From Nitrososphaerota archaeon (GTDB lineage: Archaea > Thermoproteota > Nitrososphaeria_A > Caldarchaeales > Calditenuaceae), in assembly GCA_041641295.1 (NCBI GenBank), contig JBEPYO010000001.1, forward strand, positions 320,001-384,000: a DNA stretch of 64,000 nucleotides, in the 5' to 3' direction. How positions within the stretch are numbered: the stretch's first letter is position 1; each line of letters begins with the position of its first letter. Made by a program: the position numbers and the translations under genes. Under the pieces are notes generated by a model. That model did not search any database, was not told where the DNA came from, and worked only from the letters and a program-made list of their open reading frames with translations. Shown piece after piece: positions 1 to 9,717 of this stretch.

Positions 1-2
1 CC

Positions 3-254
3 GTCTCAGTAACCATAGGCTTGCTGGGGGATAAGATACTGGTTGATCCAACATCCCTCGAAGAGTCTGCCATCGACACGTCCATTGTCATTGGCTGGTC
101 GGATGAGGATGAGATGGCTGCGATACAGAAGAACCTCCAAGGCTTTGTACAGATGAGTGTTATGGAAGAGATTATCCGAGTCTCGAGAGAGAAGTCTATA
201 GAGCTGCGTACTAAGCTGATGGAGGCTATTGGCAGGGTCGGCGCACCGCTATAA
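3..254 (+). CDS. rrp42: Exosome complex subunit Rrp42, C-terminal part (gene starts before the window)
   Basis: Frame is open from nt 3 (VSVTIGLLGDKILVDPTSLEE..AAIQK), an RNase PH-fold C-terminus. It lies upstream of L37ae and prefoldin, as in the archaeal exosome superoperon. Confidence 0.85.
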   Translation, partial: VSVTIGLLGDKILVDPTSLEESAIDTSIVIGWSDEDEMAAIQKNLQGFVQMSVMEEIIRVSREKSIELRTKLMEAIGRVGAPL

Positions 255-320
255 CTCCTCGCCCACCAGCTCAGCTGGGCGATGGATATATAATATGCCT
301 CGGGTTGTTGAGTTGCAGAG

Positions 321-542
321 ATGAGAGCAGGAGTAGGAGTAACTAAGAGATTTGGGGCGCGGTATGGAGCAAGGCTACGGAAAAAGGTTGAAGAGATAGA
401 GCTAGAACAGCGGGCCATACACGTATGCGACAAGTGCGGGAGAAAAGCGGTGAGAAGGGTCTCGGTAGGCATCTGGGAGTGTAGAAAATGCGGTTACAAG
501 TTTGCAGCTGGTGCCTGGTCGCCCAAACTGACGTCCAAGTAA
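321..542 (+). CDS. rpl37ae: 50S ribosomal protein L37ae (eL43)
   Basis: RFGARYG motif; CxxC..GIWECRKC..AGAW zinc finger. Confidence 0.97.
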   Translation: MRAGVGVTKRFGARYGARLRKKVEEIELEQRAIHVCDKCGRKAVRRVSVGIWECRKCGYKFAAGAWSPKLTSK

Positions 543-585
543 CATTTTAATCCATCTGAAGCTTCTCTCACATGGTGTAACAAGC

Positions 586-942
586 TTGTCGAGCGGGCAG
601 ATCCCACCCAACATTCAACAACAGATCGCTAGGCTGCAGCAGCTTCAGCAGACACTGAGCGTGATACTCGCAGAAAAGCAGAGACTACAGTCTGAGCTGG
701 AGGAGATTAACCAGGCTCTGGAGGAGCTGGGTAAGAGTGCCGATAACGTAGCGGTGTATAAGGCGGTAGGCCCTATACTTGTCCAGACGACGAAGGAGAA
801 GATCTTGAGCGAGCTATCAGAGAAGAGGGACTTAAACGACACTAGGCTGAAGGTGATAGAGAAGCAGGAGGCTAGGACGAGATCCCAGCTCGAGGCTCTC
901 CAGAAGGAGCTACAGTCTATGCTCGGCCAGAGGCAGGAGTAG
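586..942 (+). CDS. pfdB: Prefoldin beta subunit
   Basis: Two coiled coils flanking the VYKAVGPILV hairpin; conserved position after rpl37ae. Confidence 0.95.
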   Translation: MSSGQIPPNIQQQIARLQQLQQTLSVILAEKQRLQSELEEINQALEELGKSADNVAVYKAVGPILVQTTKEKILSELSEKRDLNDTRLKVIEKQEARTRSQLEALQKELQSMLGQRQE

Positions 943-1013
943 GGCATTTACAACAACGGCCTAGGTGCATTGTGGTAAAGTTATCAGGTCGCCGAGACAG
1001 TAATTGTTAGAAT

Positions 1014-2012
1014 ATGAGGGAGCCAGACCTTATATCCCAGATACTGGAGGCGCTCAAAGACCTGAGGGGGAAGGAAGTAGCAATACTTCTACACCTGGGA
1101 GGAGACCCAGACTCCCTTGCAAGCGCCTATGTCCTGTCCGGCCTCCTTACCTCTTGGTCAATCACCCTGAGGGGAATAGCGGTTCCAAATCACATTAGCG
1201 ACTATACGGAGAGGATGGCTGACATCATTGGGGTAGATTTAAGGAGTGACCTGCCAGAGGCCGGGGCCTACATCGCCATAGACGTCGGCTCACCCTCCCA
1301 GCTAGCCGAATTTTACGATAAGGTGGGCGAGGAGCTAATTGTGATAGATCACCACGAGAAGGGGGGCGAACAGTTCAAGGGGAGAGTTTTCTGCTCGACA
1401 AGATATCAGTCCACTAGCGAGATAGTTATTGAGCTGGCCGAGATGGCAGGCTACAGGCTGAACAGCTCCGAGGCTTCGGCCCTTTTCGCCGGCATTTACT
1501 TCGACACCGTCAGGCTAACGGTAGCCGACCCTGAAACACTCAGAAAAGTAGGGCTGCTCGGAGAGCTGGGCGCAAACCCTAGGACATTCATACAGAGGAT
1601 CGAGTCTCCCATAGATTATTCTGAGAGAGTGGCAAGGATTAAGGCAGTCAAGAGGGCGGAGTTCTACAGGTGTGGGGACGTGGTTATCGGTGTGACTCGC
1701 GTGAGCGCTTTTAAGCCTTCAGCCGCGCGCTCCCTCCTAGCTGTTGGATCACATATAGCGCTGGTTGGGGATGAGGTGGACGGTGAGGTTGAAGTAACTA
1801 TGCGGCAGGTTCCAGAGATTTTCGACCAGCTGAACCTAAACCTGGCCAAGGATGTTGTGGAGCCGATAGCGAAATCTCTCTCGGGTATCGGGGGCGGGCA
1901 TGCGGCCGCGGCCAAGCTACGCGTAAAGGGGAGCCTAGACCGTGTACTGGAGATCTGTGTGAACCACATATCCTACCTCCTCGGAGCTTCACCTACGAGG
2001 GTCGCCGATTGA
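1014..2012 (+). CDS. DHH/DHHA1 family phosphoesterase
   Basis: HxxxDPDS, DHH and GGGHxxAA motifs. Confidence 0.9.
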   Translation: MREPDLISQILEALKDLRGKEVAILLHLGGDPDSLASAYVLSGLLTSWSITLRGIAVPNHISDYTERMADIIGVDLRSDLPEAGAYIAIDVGSPSQLAEFYDKVGEELIVIDHHEKGGEQFKGRVFCSTRYQSTSEIVIELAEMAGYRLNSSEASALFAGIYFDTVRLTVADPETLRKVGLLGELGANPRTFIQRIESPIDYSERVARIKAVKRAEFYRCGDVVIGVTRVSAFKPSAARSLLAVGSHIALVGDEVDGEVEVTMRQVPEIFDQLNLNLAKDVVEPIAKSLSGIGGGHAAAAKLRVKGSLDRVLEICVNHISYLLGASPTRVAD

Positions 2013-2851
2013 CTATGGCGATAGAGGTCTCAAACCTCTCATTCAGGTATGCGGGAGCCACGCAGTGGGCCCTCAGGAACATCTCCCTCTCAATAGAAGA
2101 AGGCGAGTTCGCAGTATTCACGGGTGCAACAGGATGTGGGAAGTCGACTCTATTCAAATGCCTCATCGGCCTCATTCCCCAGATGTATCCCGGCGAGTAT
2201 CTGGGCCGCGTAGTGGTTGATGGGCTTGACCCGGCCCAGACGCCTGTAAGTAGGATGGCTCAGAAGGTAGGCATGGTTTTCCAGAACCCGGATAACCAGC
2301 TCTTCGCCCTGACCGTGGAAAATGATGTGGCTTTTGCACTCGAGAATCTGGGTCTTGAGAGGGCAGAGATTGAGAGGAGAATCTCCAAAGCCTTCAAGAT
2401 GATGGGAATAGAGGACCTGAGAAAGCGCTCGCCATTCGAGCTTTCAGGCGGACAGAAGCAGAGGGTCGCAATCGCCTCCATACTCGCCCTCGAGCCGGAT
2501 ATACTAATCCTAGACGAGCCTACATCTTCTCTAGACGGCGCTACTGCGAAGAAGCTGCTAGAGGAGCTCGGAGAGATAAGAAGGAGGGAAGGGATAACCG
2601 TCCTGATCTCAGAACATCGACTCGACCTAGTTGTCAGGGAGGCGACGCGGCTGATAGTCATTGAGGAGGGGCAGATAGTGGCTGATGGCGAGCCGAGAGA
2701 GGTGGTCCACGACCTCTTGGAGGACGGTTACGAGAAGGTCGAACTCCCAAAGCTTTCTCGTCTAGCTTGGATGCTGGGCCTCCGCGGCGCGGACAGTATC
2801 CCTGTGACTAGGGAGGAGTTCGTTGAGAGATTTCTAGGGGTGGGAAAGTGA
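2009..2851 (+). CDS. ecfA1: ECF transporter ATPase subunit A
   Basis: Walker A GATGCGKST, Q-loop VFQNPDNQ, LSGGQ, ILILDEP. Confidence 0.93.
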   Translation: MTMAIEVSNLSFRYAGATQWALRNISLSIEEGEFAVFTGATGCGKSTLFKCLIGLIPQMYPGEYLGRVVVDGLDPAQTPVSRMAQKVGMVFQNPDNQLFALTVENDVAFALENLGLERAEIERRISKAFKMMGIEDLRKRSPFELSGGQKQRVAIASILALEPDILILDEPTSSLDGATAKKLLEELGEIRRREGITVLISEHRLDLVVREATRLIVIEEGQIVADGEPREVVHDLLEDGYEKVELPKLSRLAWMLGLRGADSIPVTREEFVERFLGVGK

Positions 2852-3702
2852 TTAGGATTGACTCGGTCTGGTACGAGTATCCATCAGGCACGGTAGCCCT
2901 GCGAAACGTCAATCTTGTCATTAACCGGGGCGAGATAGTCGCGTTCATGGGTGAGAATGGCGCGGGTAAGACAACCCTCCTCAAACATCTTAACGGTCTA
3001 CTTAAGCCGACCTCTGGAAAGGTCGAGGTGGACGGGGTAGACACTAGGACCTCAACGGTGGCTTCACTCTCTAGGCATGTCGGCCTCGTATTCCAAAACC
3101 CTGACAACATGTTCTTCTGCACGTCGGTGCTTGAGGAGGTTAGCTATGCTCTTACAAGGTTCGGCTACAGTAGGGAAGAAGTGAGGAGGAGGGCTGAGGA
3201 GGTCCTAAAGCTCTTTAATCTATGGCACTACAGAGATTCATCGCCCTTTACCCTCAGTGGCGGAGAAAAGAAGCGGCTTGCAATCTCGATAGTCGTGGCT
3301 TGGATGCCCAGCTACATAGTCATCGATGAGCCAACCACAGGTCTTGACGGGTGGGGGAAGCGGATGCTCATGGACCTCCTCCTCCACCTCAAAGATAGCG
3401 AGAGGGGCATAATCCTATCGAGCCACGATGTTGAGTTTATCTCAGAGATAGCGGCGAGGGTGGTGTTGCTCCGGCGTGGAGAGGTTATCGCAGACGGGCC
3501 GGCGGAGGACATTTTGACAGATACAGCACTTCTGGAGGAGGCTTCGCTCCTCACACCCCAGATCCCCTCCCTCTTATACGAGCTTAAGAGACGCGGCCTC
3601 AAAGACCTTAACCACAAGTGTCTCAGACTTGATGAGGCAGTCAGATACCTCTCAGCAATCCTTGGACGATCAGGGTCAAACTGGAGGGGCGATGTGGTCT
3701 GA
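2848..3702 (+). CDS. ecfA2: ECF transporter ATPase subunit A'
   Basis: GENGAGKTT, VFQNPD, LSGGE, IDEPT; overlaps ecfA1 by 4 nt. Confidence 0.93.
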   Translation: MIRIDSVWYEYPSGTVALRNVNLVINRGEIVAFMGENGAGKTTLLKHLNGLLKPTSGKVEVDGVDTRTSTVASLSRHVGLVFQNPDNMFFCTSVLEEVSYALTRFGYSREEVRRRAEEVLKLFNLWHYRDSSPFTLSGGEKKRLAISIVVAWMPSYIVIDEPTTGLDGWGKRMLMDLLLHLKDSERGIILSSHDVEFISEIAARVVLLRRGEVIADGPAEDILTDTALLEEASLLTPQIPSLLYELKRRGLKDLNHKCLRLDEAVRYLSAILGRSGSNWRGDVV

Positions 3703-4487
3703 GTTTATCACTCCTTCAGGCACTCAAGTACAGGAGCCTAGATACGCCTATACACAGGCTTGACCCGCGGGTCAAACTGCTTGCATCCCTCTCCTTTCTA
3801 GTCACGGCGCTGTTGTTCGGCGAGTATTGGGGAGGAATGCTCACAGTCTCATCCACAATAATTCTCACCCAGCTAGTCCTCCTGAGGCTGGCAAGATCTG
3901 CCAGGTATATGCTCTCAACAATGCGCGGCGCAATACCCCTTGTCGCGTTAGTCTTTCTTCTAAGCCTACTAGGCGTGCTAGAGTCTGCGGTGGCGTATGG
4001 TGAGCTTCTTTACAGGGCTTCCGCATCGTCCATCAGGTTTCTAGCATTTTTAACGTCATTTAACATCTTCTTTCTCACAACATCACCGGACGAGTTTGGG
4101 CAACTCCTACTAAAGCTGCGAATACCATACGTATATTCCTTCACTTTTGTTGCGGCAGTCAGGCTAGCTCCAGTCATAGCAGATGAGGCGCAGGAGATAA
4201 TTGATGCTCAGCGGTCGCGTGGTGTTGAGTTCGAGAAGGGCAACCCGCTCAAGAGGCTGAGGGTGCTTGTGGGCTTGTTTGTCCCTTTGCTCATCAATTC
4301 GCTCCGCCGCGCATATGAGATGGCTGAGGCACTGGAGGTCAAGTGTTTCGGCGCTTCTGAGAGGAGGACAACCTACAAAGAAATTCGCGCCACCCGGAGA
4401 GATATTTTGGCGGCGATCGTTATACTTGCGGCCTTTACACTTGTTTTGACGGCTAAAAGCCTGAAGTTGTTCACCGGCCTCCCCTAG
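3699..4487 (+). CDS. ecfT: ECF transporter transmembrane subunit T (probable CTG start at 3699)
   Basis: The frame extends upstream of the ORF call to include the conserved IHRLDPRVK motif; AQRSRG and MAEALEVKCF motifs; multiple TM helices. Confidence 0.9.
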   Translation: MSLSLLQALKYRSLDTPIHRLDPRVKLLASLSFLVTALLFGEYWGGMLTVSSTIILTQLVLLRLARSARYMLSTMRGAIPLVALVFLLSLLGVLESAVAYGELLYRASASSIRFLAFLTSFNIFFLTTSPDEFGQLLLKLRIPYVYSFTFVAAVRLAPVIADEAQEIIDAQRSRGVEFEKGNPLKRLRVLVGLFVPLLINSLRRAYEMAEALEVKCFGASERRTTYKEIRATRRDILAAIVILAAFTLVLTAKSLKLFTGLP

Positions 4488-5457
4488 ACGCTTCCTTTTG
4501 AGCCAATATCCACTCAATGTCCGAGAGTAGGGCCGAGACCGTGGACTCTCCTGCACCCCTACCGATCAGGGTTAGGTCACCAAGTATCTCCATCTTGAAT
4601 TGAATTGCGTTGAGGGATCCGTGGACGCAGAGAGGGTGGTTAAGCCTGACAAGCCGCGGGGCAACACTTAGCCTGCCCCCCTCTATACTCCCTACGAGCT
4701 TTATTGTCATTCCCAACTCTTTCGCAGCCAATATCGCGTCTGATGTTACCTGTGTTATCCCTTTTACCTTCACATCCTCCAGCCGCCTGTCTGCGCCTAG
4801 GAGGGCGTTGGCTAGGATGACAATTTTGCAGGCCGAGTCTATACCCTCGAGGTCGAGGCTTGGGTCTCTCTCTGCGAGCCCCATCATCTGTGCCTCCTGA
4901 AGGGCTAGGTCTAGTGGAAGCCCCTCGAAGTGCATCCTAGACAATATGTAGTTGGTGGTCCCGTTTAGTATTCCTTTAATCGAAAGTATCCTATCTCCCC
5001 GCAAAGAGTGCCTAGCTAAGGAAAATACGGGTATGCCGCCGCCCACAGTAGCCTCATAGCAGAGGAAGACGCCCATCGAGTCAGCCAGCGAGGTTAGCTC
5101 CCTAAACGCCACGACGAGAGGACCCTTATCAGCAGTCACCACATCCACCCCACTCTTAAGCGCCTCGCGAATATACGTCAGCCCAGGCTCACCATTATAC
5201 ACGTTCGTGGGAGTGAGGGTGACAAGTAAGTCGACCAGGCCACGCTCGAGTATCTCTAGAGGGTTTGACGCTCTGAAGCTGGTGTGGCCTGTTATATCTG
5301 CGGGCAGGTTATCGCTATCAAATCCTTTGGGATAGTATAGGTATCCTCTCGAGTTGGCGAGAGCCGTTATCGCCAGTCCGCGCATCTTATAGCGGGTCAG
5401 ATAACCCGCAAGCTTCTTACCTAGAAAGCCGTACCCTATTATCCCGCAGCGTATCAA
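4471..5457 (-). CDS. hom: Homoserine dehydrogenase
   Basis: GYGFLG Rossmann motif, VVTADKGP, YEATVGGGIP, GILNGTTNYIL, GRGAG. Confidence 0.95.
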   Translation of the reverse strand: MIRCGIIGYGFLGKKLAGYLTRYKMRGLAITALANSRGYLYYPKGFDSDNLPADITGHTSFRASNPLEILERGLVDLLVTLTPTNVYNGEPGLTYIREALKSGVDVVTADKGPLVVAFRELTSLADSMGVFLCYEATVGGGIPVFSLARHSLRGDRILSIKGILNGTTNYILSRMHFEGLPLDLALQEAQMMGLAERDPSLDLEGIDSACKIVILANALLGADRRLEDVKVKGITQVTSDAILAAKELGMTIKLVGSIEGGRLSVAPRLVRLNHPLCVHGSLNAIQFKMEILGDLTLIGRGAGESTVSALLSDIEWILAQKEASRGGR

Positions 5458-5921
5458 GCCTCCTCACTTACCAAGACGCAATTATTCTTCTCGGCCAGCT
5501 CCTCAAGGGCTTCGAGAACTCTCTCCCTATCCTCCGAGTTCACGCTGAACATAACCCTCATGTGAGGAGACCTACTGCCCCCACCAAACGCGAGACTTAT
5601 TATCTCGCCCCTCCCCTCGAAAACCTTCTCCAGCCTATCAACACTCAAGCTCCCTATAATAATGACAGTCTCAATCCTCCGTTCAAGGGACTCAGTCCCA
5701 AGAACAGGGATTCCAGCCTCCTCAATTCCAGCCCTGGCGCGCTCAAAGTGTTCACGGGATGGAAACTCAACCGATAGGCTCACGGGGACATAGCCTCCCG
5801 TCAGCTGCTCACGGTTGTGAACAATTGAGATGATGTTTCCTCCGTTCATTGCTATTTTTTCGAGTGCCTTGAGCAATGTCCCAGGCCTGTCGGTCAAGCC
5901 TAGTGTTAGCCTTATCCTCAT
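5454..5921 (-). CDS. ACT-domain protein (putative allosteric regulator of homoserine dehydrogenase)
   Basis: LTDRPGTL..GGNIISIVH ACT signature; translationally coupled to hom. Confidence 0.85.
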   Translation of the reverse strand: MRIRLTLGLTDRPGTLLKALEKIAMNGGNIISIVHNREQLTGGYVPVSLSVEFPSREHFERARAGIEEAGIPVLGTESLERRIETVIIIGSLSVDRLEKVFEGRGEIISLAFGGGSRSPHMRVMFSVNSEDRERVLEALEELAEKNNCVLVSEEA

Positions 5922-5954
5922 CTCCCAGCTGGGCTTCTCTAGATGTGGGGCGAC

Positions 5955-6359
5955 TTAAGAGTTCTTCGCATCCCTTGAAAGCGTTCTAATAGGCCTCTGG
6001 GCCTTTGAGTTAAGCCGTATTATCTTCTCTGGTTTATACTGTGGAAGAGGTTTCCGCTCCAGCTCCGAAAGCTCAAACAGGCTGCCGGAAAGCATGTGGC
6101 TCAAAGAGCTGAAACGCTTCTGATACTTCCTCTCACTCGGCTTACCAAGGTATCCAATCTTCGCCAGCTCTTCTAGGAGGGAGGAGATGCTTCTTCTAGC
6201 CCGGCTATTCGATTTCAATTCTTCGGGTATGTATGGGTCCAGGTCGCCGAGCTTGAACGGGGAGTCGCCGATCGCATTTATCGCGGCTAGGATCTTAGCC
6301 ACATGCTCTTCCCTGAGATATCGTCGATTTTTACAGAGAAGTTTGAGGATGGGGTTCAA
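5955..6359 (-). CDS. Hypothetical basic protein, possible winged helix-turn-helix
   Basis: SISSLLEELAKIGYLGK resembles a wHTH recognition helix and wing; fills the gap downstream of rpl13. Confidence 0.55.
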   Translation of the reverse strand: MNPILKLLCKNRRYLREEHVAKILAAINAIGDSPFKLGDLDPYIPEELKSNSRARRSISSLLEELAKIGYLGKPSERKYQKRFSSLSHMLSGSLFELSELERKPLPQYKPEKIIRLNSKAQRPIRTLSRDAKNS

Positions 6360-6427
6360 GCTTCGGCGCCTCCAATCAAATGTGCCTCCAATATAAAAGA
6401 GGTTTCCAAGCGCGGTCCGCTAATCCA

Positions 6428-6904
6428 CTAACGAGACCCTCCACCCTTAAGCAGCGCAGAGAGCTCAGCGAGGGTCAAGGTCCTGATGACCCGCCCCGAG
6501 CGGCTTATGCCCGATTTATGGAGAGCATCCTCAAACCTTGTGAAGGGCACCTTCTCAAGACCCTCAGGGACCCCAGAGTGGACCCTAAGCCTACTTAAGG
6601 CCTCCCTACCCTTGGGCTTCTTCCTAGGCAGCATCCTAGCGATCGTATACCAGAGTATGCGCTCAGGTCTCCTCGGATACCAGACCTGCGGCTCCTCGAT
6701 GCTTGAATACCATGTCCGTCCAATCAGTTTGAGGTAGCGATCCAGAATAGCCTCCTTGGTGCCCGTCACCAAAACCTTCTCGGCGTTGACGACCACAACC
6801 CTTTTTCCTGAAAGAAGCAGTTTAGCCACCTTTGACGCGAGCCTCCCGAGACGGTGACCCGCCCCGTCTACTACCACAACATCCTCAGCAATTACGTGAG
6901 CCAT
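6428..6904 (-). CDS. rpl13: 50S ribosomal protein L13 (uL13)
   Basis: LGRLASKVAKLL..VVVVNAEK, PRRPERI..MLPRK. Confidence 0.97.
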   Translation of the reverse strand: MAHVIAEDVVVVDGAGHRLGRLASKVAKLLLSGKRVVVVNAEKVLVTGTKEAILDRYLKLIGRTWYSSIEEPQVWYPRRPERILWYTIARMLPRKKPKGREALSRLRVHSGVPEGLEKVPFTRFEDALHKSGISRSGRVIRTLTLAELSALLKGGGSR

Positions 6905-6916
6905 ATTCTATCCACC

Positions 6917-7258
6917 TCACCCCACAATTATCAACCCTTTCCCATCACCGCCGCGATCAATGTACTCCTCTAAATAGTATGCCTCGCCCCCCGCATCCAA
7001 TATCTTCCGGTAAGCCGCGTCGGAGTAGTCGAACGCGACTACCTTCAGTGGCTTTTCCAAGACACCCACACCCAATAGCTTCCCGACGACTAGCACACCA
7101 CCACCAGCCGGCGCGACCCTATTTAGATGGTATATGTTGACGACCCTTCTCCTCCTTCTGGAAGACTCGAGGTGTTTTAAGACGGTCGCCCAGAACCTGC
7201 TCCTCTTCGCCAGCCGCCTCACCTTCGCCCTCAAGAGTTTATCCCTCTCCCCCGCCAC
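6917..7258 (-). CDS. rpl18e: 50S ribosomal protein L18e (eL18)
   Basis: SRRRRRVVNI..VVGKLLGVG..AYRKI; lies between rpoD and rpl13. Confidence 0.95.
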   Translation of the reverse strand: MAGERDKLLRAKVRRLAKRSRFWATVLKHLESSRRRRRVVNIYHLNRVAPAGGGVLVVGKLLGVGVLEKPLKVVAFDYSDAAYRKILDAGGEAYYLEEYIDRGGDGKGLIIVG

Positions 7259-7913
7259 TCCCTATCACCTTTTCCAGACTATCTCCAAGTTTAGTAACAC
7301 TCTCCTCAAATATCTTCACTGCCTCCAACAGTATCCTTCTCGGGGGGAGTTGGCCGAAAGACTCTACGTACAAGATCCTTTTTCCATCCTCCTCGTAGAG
7401 TGTCGCTATGCCAGGCTGCCACTTGGCATGCTTCCTGCCCTTCCCGAGCCGTACATAAAGTTCCAGCTCAACACTCTGTCCGGGCGCCAGTTTGACGATC
7501 TGAAAATCCCCGCTTATAGGCTTGACACTATCCGACCCACTTTCACGGACCAAGTCGGAGGAATACACCGTCAATACCTCACTCGTGGCTTCAGACCTCA
7601 GTGAGAACCTGACGCTACACTTGTCGCAGCCCAAATTGCTCCCACAATCGCACTCTTCGGGGAGAACATAATTGTCGAGGTCTGTCACAAACGGGATGAG
7701 TGAGATGCGATGAGTCAGGACCTCGTTTGTCAAGATGGAGGTATTCTCTATGACTAAGACCTCCTCAACAGCCATGGTGGGCACCTCGTTTAAGATAAGC
7801 CTTCTGATTGCATTGCCCATGCTGAGAGGTACGTCTACAAGCTCCAGACGAAGCCAGTTATCCCCCTCCCCAGCGATTCTGACCTGGTAGTGCACACCCA
7901 GACTAAACCCCAC
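7239..7913 (-). CDS. rpoD: DNA-directed RNA polymerase subunit D (Rpo3)
   Basis: NAIRRLILNEVPTMA, NTSIL..HRISLIP, GRKHAKWQP. Confidence 0.96.
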   Translation of the reverse strand: MGFSLGVHYQVRIAGEGDNWLRLELVDVPLSMGNAIRRLILNEVPTMAVEEVLVIENTSILTNEVLTHRISLIPFVTDLDNYVLPEECDCGSNLGCDKCSVRFSLRSEATSEVLTVYSSDLVRESGSDSVKPISGDFQIVKLAPGQSVELELYVRLGKGRKHAKWQPGIATLYEEDGKRILYVESFGQLPPRRILLEAVKIFEESVTKLGDSLEKVIGSGGGEG

Positions 7914-8054
7914 CGTGAGCGCGTATTAAACTCTCCTACACAGCGAAAGGACCCCACAATAAATAGGTTTACAAAACCTCGACACCAACAACACCACACT
8001 GAAAATACTTCCACTTTTTCTAATGGTTAAATTCGGCGGCGAGTTTCTCGATTT

Positions 8055-8879
8055 ATGGCCAGCATCGTAGAGGTATTAGTCATATCCGTTTTCGCCGGAT
8101 TCATAGGCTCCATTACAGGGTTAGGGGGAGCCAGCATAACAACACCATTACTCACACTTCTGGGAATTCCTATTAAAAATGCGATAGCCGCGGGAATGGT
8201 TTCAATCATAGCCACCTCTAGCGGCTCTGCTTCAGGCTATGTCAGGCGCGGATTGTCCGACGTCAAGGCTGCCATGTTCTTGGAAATGTTCACAATTTTA
8301 GGGGCGATAGCTGGAGCCACTGTAACACTCTACGTGGCGCCTCGCTACCTCTACTTCCTTTTCGCAGGATTTTTGCTCACATCTTTCATAGGACTAAGAA
8401 CCATTAGGGAAGAGTTGCCAACCAATATCTCACAAGACAGGGTGGCCCGATGGCTAGACCTGTCAGGCTCATATTATGACGACCGTCTCGGCAGGGAAGT
8501 GAGTTATCGTCTGACTAGGCCGTTGCTGGGTGGTGCCGGCATGTTTTTTGCTGGCGTGGCGGCGGGCATGCTGGGTATCGGCGCTGGAGCCTTTAAGGTG
8601 GCGGTGCACGAACTGGTTCTCAAGATGCCTTCAAAAGTCTCCTCCGCGACAAGCAACTTCATAATCGGCATGACAGCTCTAGCGGGTGCAAGTGTATACT
8701 TCAACTCTGGGCTCCTCTACCTAGACCTCGCCGCACCAATGGCCGTGGGAACGACTATAGGAGCCCTAGCAGGCTCAAGAGTCTTAAGAAGACTCAGCAA
8801 CAAAACTACGAGGATTCTATTCCTAATCGTGGTCTTCTACATCATGGTCCAGATGGTTGTCAGAGGTGTCATGGGTTGA
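8055..8879 (+). CDS. TauE/SafE family (sulfite exporter-like) membrane protein
   Basis: GLGG and GMLGIGAG repeats, about 8 TM helices. Confidence 0.9.
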   Translation: MASIVEVLVISVFAGFIGSITGLGGASITTPLLTLLGIPIKNAIAAGMVSIIATSSGSASGYVRRGLSDVKAAMFLEMFTILGAIAGATVTLYVAPRYLYFLFAGFLLTSFIGLRTIREELPTNISQDRVARWLDLSGSYYDDRLGREVSYRLTRPLLGGAGMFFAGVAAGMLGIGAGAFKVAVHELVLKMPSKVSSATSNFIIGMTALAGASVYFNSGLLYLDLAAPMAVGTTIGALAGSRVLRRLSNKTTRILFLIVVFYIMVQMVVRGVMG

Positions 8880-9232
8880 GCCAGAGACTGGAATCACTCA
8901 TAGGTTTGGTGCTCGCAACGGGCGTTATTCTAAGCTTGGCCATCCTAGTCATCGCCTTAGGGTTTTACCTAGCTGACACTGGCCCTGAAATAATTCTAAG
9001 CGACAAATACCGAGTGATTTCGCCAAACTTCTTCGACTATGTGAAAAAGCTAGCGAGCATGAGTTTTGGAGCCAGTAGCCTAATGGCAATAGGCCTGATT
9101 CTACTTATGCTCACACCCTACGCCCGAATCATCGCCTCATTCACATACTTCGCAGCGAGACGCGACCTGAAATATACCCTGATAACAGCATTCGTGCTAG
9201 TCGTGTTGACAATAAGTCTGATAACGCATTGA
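8876..9232 (+). CDS. DUF1634 family membrane protein
   Basis: 3 TM helices, GLILLMLTPYARI motif; the usual partner downstream of TauE. Confidence 0.8.
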   Translation: MSQRLESLIGLVLATGVILSLAILVIALGFYLADTGPEIILSDKYRVISPNFFDYVKKLASMSFGASSLMAIGLILLMLTPYARIIASFTYFAARRDLKYTLITAFVLVVLTISLITH

Positions 9233-9297
9233 CTAGTCCAATCATCTTTTTCTGAAACTTTTTATTTAGTTGTTTCCGAGAGTTCTGCTTAAGGGGT

Positions 9298-9717
9298 TTG
9301 CCTCAGAGCCTGCCCAGCCGCGGGACGTATGCTCTAGTCATTGGGCTGAGGAGATCAACTACTGTACGCGTTGGGGCTTTAGGGAGACTGTTCTTCAAGA
9401 AGGGTGTCTATGTATATGTGGGCTCCGCGAGGAGGGGGTTGAGGCCGCGGATCCGCCGTCACATCGCAAAGAGGAAAAGGGTAAGATGGCATATTGACTG
9501 GATTACGTCCCGCCGCGTCTTTGAGGTACGTGAGGTCTGGGTCTCGGAGGCTTTGGGTGCAGAGTGTGATCTTGCCGCCGCGCTCAGTAAACAGGCGGAC
9601 GGGTTTGTGCCGCATTTTGGGTCATCTGATTGCAGGTGTATGTCCCACCTCCTCTACTTCATCGACGGCAAAGCTGAAAAAGCTCTCCACGGGCTTAAGT
9701 TGCTCCGCTTAATCTGA
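9298..9717 (+). CDS. DUF123 / GIY-YIG (Uri) endonuclease family protein
   Basis: GTYAL..GVYVYVGSA, RWHIDW, EC, FGSSDCRCxSHL. Confidence 0.88.
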   Translation: MPQSLPSRGTYALVIGLRRSTTVRVGALGRLFFKKGVYVYVGSARRGLRPRIRRHIAKRKRVRWHIDWITSRRVFEVREVWVSEALGAECDLAAALSKQADGFVPHFGSSDCRCMSHLLYFIDGKAEKALHGLKLLRLI

